Below are positions 9,641-18,600 of a stretch of 64,000 nucleotides of DNA, piece by piece. Source of the DNA: Bacteroidia bacterium (lineage in GTDB: Bacteria > Bacteroidota > Bacteroidia > JADZBD01); assembly GCA_020054095.1 (NCBI GenBank), contig JAGVMA010000068.1, positions 77,955-141,954 of the forward strand, in the 5' to 3' direction. Both the position numbers and the translations under genes were made by a program. The number at the start of each line of letters is the position of its first letter. The first letter of the stretch is position 1. The notes under the pieces are model-generated. The model did no database searches and was not told the origin of the DNA. It saw only the letters and a list, made by a program, of their open reading frames with translations.

Positions 9641-11158
9641 ATGAAATCAACCGACCAATTATTTAATCTGGTAAAAACACTTTCAAAATCCGAGAAAGGT
9701 TATTTGCGAAAGTTTTCGGGATTGCACAGCGATCAGAAAACAAGTAAATACATGCTTTTGTTTGATGCCATAGATAACCAGAATGAATACGATGAGGCAA
9801 AAATAAAACGCAAGTTTCGGAACGAGCGTTTTGTTAAACAATTTCCGGTAGCAAAAAACTACTTGTATAATTTAATTTTAAAATGCCTTACATCGTATCA
9901 GCAAAATATTGATGCCGAGTTATTTCAACTTTACCGCGAATCACAAATACTATATGATAGAGGATTGGAATTAGATGCTATGAAACTTGTTTTAAAGATG
10001 CGCGAAAAAGCACTTGAACACGAGCGTATGCCTTTGTTACTAATGGCGCTTAGGCACGAGATGAATATTTATATCCGCCTGAGAGACGAGTATGCCGATG
10101 ACCGAATTGCGGATTATATTGCCGCTACTAAAGATGCTTTAAGCCTCCATTTGAACCAAGCAGAATATCACTGGAACTATAATCGAATATTTAACTTTTG
10201 CCAAAAAGTAGGCAGCGTACGAAATAAAGAACAGGTTACCACTATTTTTTCTGTAGTGAATGAGCAAAAACAATTAACAGAGCAAAATGCAAAATCAAAA
10301 CATGCTTTGCGCGATTTTTATAAAACGCACGAGATGATTAACTCAACTATTGGCAACTCTGCTGATATGTATATGTATTCAAAAAAACATTGCGAGGTAA
10401 TAGATACGAATAAGGAGATTTTTAATTTTAATTTTCACTACACGGCAGTATCGTTATTTAATTTGGCAAATTCTTGCATGGCGCTTGGCAAATTTGATGA
10501 GGGATTAAAGTATGTTGCAGAAATTGAAAAGCTTAAACCGTTAAGTAAAAGCCAGGAGGCAATAAAATTAACGCATACTGCACAGCCCAAAATTTCTATT
10601 TACTTGGCGCAAAAAAAATACCATAAGTGTGCTGTGGTTATCGGCAAAATGACTGATAATTATATCCGACTGCAAAAACATATTTCGCCATTAATGAAAG
10701 TTATTTTGCCATTTGAAATTGCGTATGTTGAGTTTTTGATGGGCGATTATCACCAAGCACTGCGTTGGGCAAATATGGTAATTAATGAGCGGCAGCTGGC
10801 TTTGCGTACTGATTTACACGACAAGATGAATGTTTTTGAACTTCTTATTCATTATGAATTAGGCAATACCATGATAATGGAGTACCGCATTAAATCGGCA
10901 AAAAAACGATTAGAAAAAAAGAACTCGCTTCACGAAACAGAACAGGCGGTTATAAAATACCTTCGCTTGCTTATTAAAGCAGATGAAGATGAAAAGAGAA
11001 AAATATACACTGATTTTTTGACTGCATTAAACTCTATATTCAAGCAAAATAAATTAGAAGCAGTGTTTTTAGATTATGTGAATATTGTGGCTTGGCTTCA
11101 ATCCAAAATAGAAAACCGACCTATGGCACAAGTAATGGCATCCGGTAAAAAATTATAG
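9641..11158 (+). CDS. hypothetical all-helical (TPR-like) cytoplasmic protein
   Basis: The product is 505 aa with no signal peptide. Composition is helical-repeat-like throughout. I recognised no catalytic motif. Confidence 0.5.
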   Translation: MKSTDQLFNLVKTLSKSEKGYLRKFSGLHSDQKTSKYMLLFDAIDNQNEYDEAKIKRKFRNERFVKQFPVAKNYLYNLILKCLTSYQQNIDAELFQLYRESQILYDRGLELDAMKLVLKMREKALEHERMPLLLMALRHEMNIYIRLRDEYADDRIADYIAATKDALSLHLNQAEYHWNYNRIFNFCQKVGSVRNKEQVTTIFSVVNEQKQLTEQNAKSKHALRDFYKTHEMINSTIGNSADMYMYSKKHCEVIDTNKEIFNFNFHYTAVSLFNLANSCMALGKFDEGLKYVAEIEKLKPLSKSQEAIKLTHTAQPKISIYLAQKKYHKCAVVIGKMTDNYIRLQKHISPLMKVILPFEIAYVEFLMGDYHQALRWANMVINERQLALRTDLHDKMNVFELLIHYELGNTMIMEYRIKSAKKRLEKKNSLHETEQAVIKYLRLLIKADEDEKRKIYTDFLTALNSIFKQNKLEAVFLDYVNIVAWLQSKIENRPMAQVMASGKKL

Positions 11159-11180
11159 ACCAATGCAACTATTTTGTAGA

Positions 11181-11188
11181 TATATTTG
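11181..11188 (+). promoter_or_regulatory. candidate -7 box TATATTTG upstream of the T9SS cargo gene
   Basis: This is an exact match to the Bacteroidota TAnnTTTG -7 consensus, 44 nt before ATG 11233. There is no clear -33 TTTG at canonical spacing. Confidence 0.35.
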
Positions 11189-11232
11189 TCAATAGTTTAG
11201 TCTCTCCCGTAACTTTTATTGTAACTCAACAA

Positions 11233-13617
11233 ATGAAAAAGAAATTAGTTTTTTTATTATTTGCATTAACGGGAAATCATCTTTTTTCTCAGTCAGCATG
11301 TCCATCGGTTACCACAGGGCCTAACCAAACAATATGCAGCGGATGCACAAACATTACCGCCACAGTGCAAGGCACTGCACTCACAACCAGTTATTCAGTT
11401 GCTACTATTCCTTACACTCCTTTCCCTTATAATACCGGCAATGCTGTCTTGGTTAATATTGACGATACTTGGTCAGGAGTTATAAACATGCCGTTTTGTT
11501 TTCAGTTTTACGGAAACACTTATACGCAATGTATCATTGGTTCAAATGGTGTAATATCTTTCGATTTAACCAATGCTAACCAATATAATACTTGGCCAAT
11601 AGCTGCTCCAATCCCTACCAATACGGTGCCCGATGTAATGAATTGCATTATGGGACCATGGCACGATTCTGACCCAAGCATAGGCGGTGCAATTTATTGG
11701 GAGCTTGGCGGTACAGCCCCATGCCGTTACTTAAAAGTGTCGTGGAATCAAATACCAATGTTTAATTGCAATAATTTAATTACAACACACCAAACAGTGT
11801 TGTACGAAACCACAAATATTATTGATGTGTATATCCTGAACAAACCAACTTGCGTGGGCTGGAATGGCGGAGCAGCAATTGAGGGAATACAAAACGCCAC
11901 AGGAACACAAGCTGTGGTTGTACCGGGTCGAAATTTTCCTACTAACTGGACAGTAGCTAATGATGCTTACAGGTTTATGCCAAGCGGTGCATCGCAATAC
12001 AGCTTCTCTTGGTTAGCCCCTAATAATATAGTTATTGGTAACACAACAACATTAAATGTGTGCCCTACCACCACCACCACTTATACTGCGCAAGTAGTAA
12101 ACCAAACTTGTGCCGGCCCTATTACATTAACTGCCACTACTACTGTTACCGTAGTCGGATTATTAATGAACACTTCATCAACACCTACTTCTTGCACCGG
12201 AAATACAGGTACAGCAACTGCTACTCCGCAAGGTAATGGCCCATTCACTTATGTGTGGACTCCATCTAACCAAACTACGCAAACTGCAACCGGACTTGCA
12301 GGTGGAAATTACATTGTGGTTGTTACTGATCCAAATGGCTGTACAGGCACAGATACTGTTCAGGTGCAGAACACAGGAAACATAACAACTCAAATTAATA
12401 ACCCGACTAATATTTTGTGTTTCGGTAATACAACTGGCGCTGCTACAGTAACAGTTACTGGAGGCACAGGGCCGTTTACCTATAACTGGTCGCCAAACGT
12501 AAGCACCACTGCAAGTGCAACAGGCATAGCAGCCGGAACATATACTGTTATAGTTACAGATGCTAACGGATGCAGCAGCACATCAACTGTGGTAATATCG
12601 CAGCCCCCGCAATTGAGTTTAACACTTACATCTACCACGCCCACTGCTTGTGGCCAAACTAATGGCGCTGCAACTGTTTTGGCAGGTGGTGGAGCAGGAG
12701 GATACACCTATAACTGGGCTCCAACGGGTGGAAATGGCACCAATGCGACAGGATTGGGTGTAGGCGTTTACACAGTAACTTTAACAGATGGCAATGGTTG
12801 CACAGATACAGTTCAGGTTTTTATTGCTCCAACAAATCCTGCTGTAACATCTTTTACAGCCGGAGATACAGTTGGTTGTGCTCCATTGTGCGTTAATTTT
12901 TCAAATACATCGCCAAATGCAGCTACCTATTCTTGGAACTTTGGCGATAATTCTACTTCCACACAAGCCAACCCAACTTATTGTTACTTGCAATCGGGCA
13001 CGTACACTGTTTCGTTGTATATTACTGATGGGCAAGGTTGCCCCGGATTATCCGTGCATACTAATATGGTAACAGTTTATCAGCAGCCAACAACTAATTT
13101 TAGTGCCAATCCACAGCCTGCTACCACAAGTAATCCTACTGTTAATTTCACCGATTTAAGTGTGAACGCTACCAGTTGGCAATGGAGTTTTGGTGATGTT
13201 GCTAACAGCACATCTACTCAACAAAATCCGAGTTTTACTTATAGTGCACCTGGTATTTACCCGGTACAATTAATAGTTAGCAACGGGCAATGTACCGATA
13301 CTATTATCATCAATATAGTTGTTGAAGAAGATTTTACATTTTATGCGCCTAATGCATTTACACCGAATGGCGATGGAATTAATGATGTTTTTTTTCCGAA
13401 AGGAATAATGTGGAAAGATGGCACTTATGAATTATATGTTTTCGACCGCTGGGGAAATCAGATTTTTAAATCAACCGACCCTGCAATTGGCTGGGATGGC
13501 AAAGCAAATGGCGGAAACAAAATTGCGCAAGAAGATGTTTATGTTTGGAAAGTAATTATGAAAGACACACACGATAAGAAACATAAATTTGTGGGCCACG
13601 TTACTTTGGTTAAATAA
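11233..13617 (+). CDS. T9SS type B sorting domain (gliding-motility C-terminal domain) protein with SprB repeats and PKD domains
   Basis: A signal peptide is present. There are three SprB-type repeats (C.GN..G.A....GG.GPFTY.W.P...GL..G.Y.V.VTD.NGC). There are two PKD-like domains (WNFGDNSTS, WSFGDVANS). The C-terminus FYAPNAFTPNGDGINDVFFPKG...YVWKV is the type B CTD. Confidence 0.85.
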   Translation: MKKKLVFLLFALTGNHLFSQSACPSVTTGPNQTICSGCTNITATVQGTALTTSYSVATIPYTPFPYNTGNAVLVNIDDTWSGVINMPFCFQFYGNTYTQCIIGSNGVISFDLTNANQYNTWPIAAPIPTNTVPDVMNCIMGPWHDSDPSIGGAIYWELGGTAPCRYLKVSWNQIPMFNCNNLITTHQTVLYETTNIIDVYILNKPTCVGWNGGAAIEGIQNATGTQAVVVPGRNFPTNWTVANDAYRFMPSGASQYSFSWLAPNNIVIGNTTTLNVCPTTTTTYTAQVVNQTCAGPITLTATTTVTVVGLLMNTSSTPTSCTGNTGTATATPQGNGPFTYVWTPSNQTTQTATGLAGGNYIVVVTDPNGCTGTDTVQVQNTGNITTQINNPTNILCFGNTTGAATVTVTGGTGPFTYNWSPNVSTTASATGIAAGTYTVIVTDANGCSSTSTVVISQPPQLSLTLTSTTPTACGQTNGAATVLAGGGAGGYTYNWAPTGGNGTNATGLGVGVYTVTLTDGNGCTDTVQVFIAPTNPAVTSFTAGDTVGCAPLCVNFSNTSPNAATYSWNFGDNSTSTQANPTYCYLQSGTYTVSLYITDGQGCPGLSVHTNMVTVYQQPTTNFSANPQPATTSNPTVNFTDLSVNATSWQWSFGDVANSTSTQQNPSFTYSAPGIYPVQLIVSNGQCTDTIIINIVVEEDFTFYAPNAFTPNGDGINDVFFPKGIMWKDGTYELYVFDRWGNQIFKSTDPAIGWDGKANGGNKIAQEDVYVWKVIMKDTHDKKHKFVGHVTLVK

Positions 13618-13618
13618 G

Positions 13619-13990
13619 TTACCTATTGGTTGCTGTTGCAATCATTTCCCAAATTTCTTTCAAGGTATTTTTCTTCCATCTTGGATTATAAGTTCCATAT
13701 CTAAATTCTGCTATTTGTATTGCTGGCTTAGGATTTGCCTTATGCAAAAGTAAAAACTCGGCTATTGATTTTAGCTGCGATAAATCATGATCGGTCAACA
13801 AGCTATCAGATAATCTGAAGATTACCATGCGAAGTGGTGTAGTTGGCTGTATATAACCATTCGGCTCTGTGCTGTCTTCAAAAGTAGTGTAGTTAACATC
13901 AGCGCCAAGCGCGATATATTCTTTCACCTCGCCCAAGTTACATGCTGCCACAGCTTCCATCAGCTTATTATTTAGTTGGTTTTTCTCCAA
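13619..13990 (-). CDS. small ankyrin-repeat-like protein
   Basis: LMEAVAACNLGEVKEYIALGADVNY fits the ankyrin consensus (L..A...G....V..L...GADVN). The track start at 13990 is a TTG. An alternative ATG at 13960 would give 113 aa. Confidence 0.45.
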   Translation of the reverse strand: MEKNQLNNKLMEAVAACNLGEVKEYIALGADVNYTTFEDSTEPNGYIQPTTPLRMVIFRLSDSLLTDHDLSQLKSIAEFLLLHKANPKPAIQIAEFRYGTYNPRWKKNTLKEIWEMIATATNR

Positions 13991-14020
13991 GTGCTATCTG
14001 CTTTAGAATTTCTTTAAATA

Positions 14021-14051
14021 AAAACGTCTCACTTTACTTGTGAGACGTTTT
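14021..14051 (-). terminator. Rho-independent terminator after rplS
   Basis: A 12-bp perfect stem (AAAACGTCTCAC / GTGAGACGTTTT) with a 7-nt loop is followed on the minus strand by a T-run (TTTTTATTT). Confidence 0.7.
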
Positions 14052-14077
14052 ATGATAATAATTCAAAAAAAAATAAA

Positions 14078-14461
14078 CTATGCTTTTACCGCTTCAGAAG
14101 TTTCTTCTGTAACATTGGTTATGCGTTCTTGGATACGAGCTTTTTTACCCGTTAAATTGCGCAGGTAATACAGTTTCGCTCTGCGGACATCTCCTTTTTT
14201 GTTTATTTCCACTTTATCAATAAATGGTGAGTTGACAGGGAAAATACGTTCAACACCCACACCGTTGCTTATTTTTCTAACGGTAAATGTTTTAGTAATT
14301 CCGGCACCCTTTAGTTTTATAACTACCCCTTTAAATTGCTGTACGCGCTCTTTATCGCCTTCTTTAATTTTATAGTGTACTGTAACAGTATCACCTGCTC
14401 TAAAGCCCGGCAATTTGTTTTTTGTTGTCAACTTCTCGTGAACGTAGTTAATGAGTTCCAT
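14078..14461 (-). CDS. rplS: 50S ribosomal protein L19
   Basis: [29 protein letters not shown] and [19 protein letters not shown] are highly characteristic L19 sequence. Confidence 0.95.
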   Translation of the reverse strand: MELINYVHEKLTTKNKLPGFRAGDTVTVHYKIKEGDKERVQQFKGVVIKLKGAGITKTFTVRKISNGVGVERIFPVNSPFIDKVEINKKGDVRRAKLYYLRNLTGKKARIQERITNVTEETSEAVKA

Positions 14462-14502
14462 TGTTATAGTTATTTATTGATTATTTTTCTTAAAAAGGGA
14501 CG

Positions 14503-14532
14503 CAAATATACGTTTATTTTCAAATCACCAAA
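14503..14532 (-). promoter_or_regulatory. rplS promoter (-33 TTTG / -7 TATATTTG)
   Basis: On the minus strand, TTTG (14529-14532) is followed by an 18-nt spacer and then TATATTTG (14503-14510). The leader to ATG 14461 is 41 nt. This matches the Bacteroidota sigma-A consensus. Confidence 0.55.
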
Positions 14533-14534
14533 AC

Positions 14535-15431
14535 TTATTTACCGCCTTTACCCGAATAATATTCTTTTTCTAATTGTTTGGATGTTTTGCGGCTGCCATC
14601 GTGGCTCCAGCCGGGCGGCCCAAGCAAATACATCAGCTTTGCTTTAAGTGGTGTTTTTTTAGCAATGTCGTTAATTATAGCTGTCCATTCGTGGAAGACA
14701 ATAGTAAATGCATTGTTTTTTTCAAGCGGTTTGGTTAAGCCATACACTAGCTTTTCGTCATCATTTTCTTCGGCAAATGTTCCAAATAACCTATCCCAAA
14801 CGATGAAAATCATACCAAGATTTTTATCTAAATACTGTGGGTTACTTGCGTGATGAACCCTGTGGTGAGATGGGGTAGATAAAAACCACTCTAAAAAACC
14901 TAATTTTTTTACGATTTGCGTATGTATTAGTATCCCATAAATTTGTGTGGCGGAATACATAAACAGAATATCAATGGGTTTGAAACCGCAAAGTGCAATA
15001 GGTATAAAATAGGCAAACCTATAAAGCGGCTGAAATACCGATGAACGGAAACCTACTGTGAGGTTAAATTCATCGGACGAGTGGTGTGTAACATGCACAG
15101 CCCAAAACAAGCGGCAATGGTGATCGAGATAATGAAGGAGGTAAAACATAAAATCTTCAAAAACAAGTAATAGCAACCAGTAAAGCCAAGCTGGTTTTAT
15201 CTCCATTAAGCGTAAATCAAAAAAATAGGTCAACAGGTGAAGGCAAAATGCGAGCATCAAAACATCGAGCAACATGTTTAGTAACATTAAATAAATGTTG
15301 TAAACTGTCCCTTTTCCAGTGTAGTAGTGCTTTTCATGTAATTTGCTGAAAAGCATTTCGGCACCTATTACAATGGCGTAAATGGGTCCGGAAACGATAA
15401 TGAGTAATTGTTCGCGAATGGAATCAATCAT
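14535..15431 (-). CDS. sterol desaturase / fatty acid hydroxylase superfamily membrane protein
   Basis: Several TM helices are present together with the histidine boxes HYLDHH, HVTHHSS and HHRVHH, typical of the di-iron FA hydroxylase family. Confidence 0.8.
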   Translation of the reverse strand: MIDSIREQLLIIVSGPIYAIVIGAEMLFSKLHEKHYYTGKGTVYNIYLMLLNMLLDVLMLAFCLHLLTYFFDLRLMEIKPAWLYWLLLLVFEDFMFYLLHYLDHHCRLFWAVHVTHHSSDEFNLTVGFRSSVFQPLYRFAYFIPIALCGFKPIDILFMYSATQIYGILIHTQIVKKLGFLEWFLSTPSHHRVHHASNPQYLDKNLGMIFIVWDRLFGTFAEENDDEKLVYGLTKPLEKNNAFTIVFHEWTAIINDIAKKTPLKAKLMYLLGPPGWSHDGSRKTSKQLEKEYYSGKGGK

Positions 15432-15615
15432 GGGGGCAAATATAATTTAAAAATGCTTTATAGTGATAATTTTAATTAACTGTAAATCAGAGTAATAAAT
15501 AGCTAAAGTCATCGAATTGTTAATAACTTGTTAATTGTTTTGGTAGTTGAAAAATCATTCTCTACTTTTACCAATCTAAATTTTTATCGTCTTCAAACAA
15601 CAAACCCCATTTAGT

Positions 15616-18600
15616 ATGAAGAAAATCTACTCCCTTCTTTTTTTAATTTTAAGTTTTTTTACAGCAATTGCCCAAGACGATGTTGGTGTTGTATCCATAA
15701 CATCACCAGTTTCGGGCTGTAATTTATCGTCAACCGAAACGGTTACAATAAGCATTACTAACTTTGGTTCTACCGATTTATCGGGTGTTCCGTTCGATGT
15801 TCAGTTTCAGGTAGATGGCGGTCCGGCTACAATTGAAACTTGTACGTTCGGCTCATTTTTGCCATCTACTACGGCTTTTTTTACATTTACGGGTACAGCT
15901 AACGTATCTGCATTTGGTGCACATACTATTGATGCAGCCACCCTTATGGTTATACCAATTGATGTAAATAATGCCAACAATGCAGGCCCTCAATTGGCAA
16001 TAACTAATTTTCAGCCGACAAACGGTGGTAGTGTAACTGCCGATGCAACTGTTTGTTCAGGCGCTAACTCGGGTACATTAACCCTTGCGGGCGAAATAGG
16101 AACTGTAAACCAATGGGAATATTCTATCGATGGAGGCTTTACTTGGATTCCGATTGTAAACACAAGCAATTCGCAGACATATACAAGTTTGACAGTTACT
16201 ACAATGTACCGTGCCCAAGTGCAAAATGGGCTTTGTACTATTGCAAATTCAAGTGCAGCAACAATTACAGTTGACTCAGCACCTCTGGGTGGTGCTGTAA
16301 CTGCCGATGCAACTGTATGCTCCGGTACTAACTCTGGCACACTTACTTTGGCCGGTCATTCAGGAACAATTGTTCGTTGGCAATCATCAATAGATAATGG
16401 CGTTACATGGATAAACATTGTTAATGCTACTACTACCCAAAACTACACCAACCTAACACAAACAACTTGGTATCGTGCCGAAATTTCGAGCGGTGTGTGC
16501 CCTAACGTATTTTCTACAATTGCTGTTATTACAGTTGACCCTGTTTCTGTTGGTGGTTGGGTAACGGCTAATGCTACGGTTTGCTCTGGAACTAATTCAG
16601 GCACATTAACACTTGCCGGGCATACCGGTACGATACTTCGCTGGGAATTTTCTACCGATGGCGGTACAACATGGAATACAATTTCTAATACGACAACTAC
16701 TCAAAACTACACTAATCTTACACTTACAACTATGTACAGGGCTGTTGTCCAAAGTGGGGTTTGCGCTTCGGCAAATTCGGCTGTAGCTACTATTACAGTT
16801 AGTTCGGTTTCGGTGGGGGGCGCTGTAACGGCTAATGCTACAGTTTGCTCCGGCTCAAATAGTGGAACATTAACCTTGGCCGGTTATTCCGGAACAATTG
16901 TTCGTTGGCAATCATCAACAGATAATGGCGTTACATGGACTAATATTGTTAACCTTGGTACCACACAAAATTATTTAAACCTAACCGTTACTACTTGGTA
17001 CCGTGCTGAGGTGCAAAACGCACCGTGTGCTTCTGCATTCTCATCGTTTGCAATAATTACTGTTAACCCCGTTTCCATTGGTGGAACGGTTAATTCTAAT
17101 GCAACTGCCTGTTCGGGTTCAAACAGCGGCACACTTACTTTAACCGGCCATACCGGCACTGTTGTTCGTTGGGAGTTTTCTATTGATGGTGGTTCTACAT
17201 GGAATAGTATTGTAAATGCTACCACCAGCCAAACTTATTCAAACTTAACGCAAACTACTTTATATCGTGCAATAGTGCAAAGCGGAGTGTGTGCCGCTAC
17301 TCAATCTTCATCGGCTACTATTACGGTTAGCCCTGTTTCGTTGGGTGGAACGGTAACAAGCAACGCCACCGTTTGCTCCGGTTCAAACAGCGGAACGCTT
17401 ACTTTATCTGGTCATGTTGGTACTATATTAAACTGGCAATTTTCTACAGATGGTGGCTTAACATGGACGAATATCGTAAACACCACTACAACCCAAACTT
17501 ATACTAACCTTACGGTTACTACAATGTATCGTGCAAATGTGCAAAGCGGAGTTTGCCCTTCAGCAGCAGCATCACCGGCTACTATTACGGTAACTCCTGT
17601 TTCGGTTGGAGGAACTGTTTCCACTAGCGCCACTGTCTGTGCGCCCACAAATAGCGGCACATTAACATTGGCCGGGCATACGGGAACAATTATTCGTTGG
17701 GAATTTTCTACTGATGGCGGTTCAACCTATATTCAAATTTCAAATAATACAACTACTCAAAATTTTAATAACCTTTTAGTTACTACTATGTATCGCGCTG
17801 TGGTGCAGAATTCACCATGTTCTTTAGCAAACTCGGTACCTGCTACCATTACAGTAACACCAGCTTCGGTAGGCGGAACGGTAAGTTCGAGTGCTACCGT
17901 TTGCTCTGGTATTAACTCGGGCACATTAACATTAAGTGGCCATTTAGGTTCGGTTACAAACTGGCAACAATCTACAGATGGTGGTGTTACTTGGACTAAT
18001 ATTGTGAATACTACTACATCGCATACTTATACCAATATAACAGTTACCACTATGTATCGTGCGGTGGTACAAAATGGTGGCTGTGCTACAGCAAACTCAA
18101 GTGCGGTTACAATTACAGTTTCGCCTACTTCGGTGGGAGGTGCTGTAACAAGCAACGCTACAGTGTGTGCAAGTGCTAATAGCGGTGTTTTAACTTTAGC
18201 AGGTCATACTGGTTCTGTTATCCGTTGGGAATTTTCAACTGATGGTGGTGTTACCTGGAACAGCATTTCAAATACTACCACTACACAAAACTACGCTAAC
18301 TTAACAGCTACGCGTATGTACCGTGCAGTTGTTCAAAGTTCACCATGCGTTTCGGCAAATTCGGCAGCAGCCACTATTACCGTGAGCCCTGCAACTGTGG
18401 GCGGAACAGTAACAGCAAATGCTACCGTTTGTTTGGGTTCCAATAGCGGTTCGGTTACCTTAAGCGGAAACGTGGGTGCGGTTTTAAACTGGCAGCAATC
18501 TACCGATGGTGGTGTTACTTGGACTAATATTGTGAACACCACCACATCGCAAACTTATACTAACTTAATTACTACCACCATGTATCGTGCACAGGTGCAA

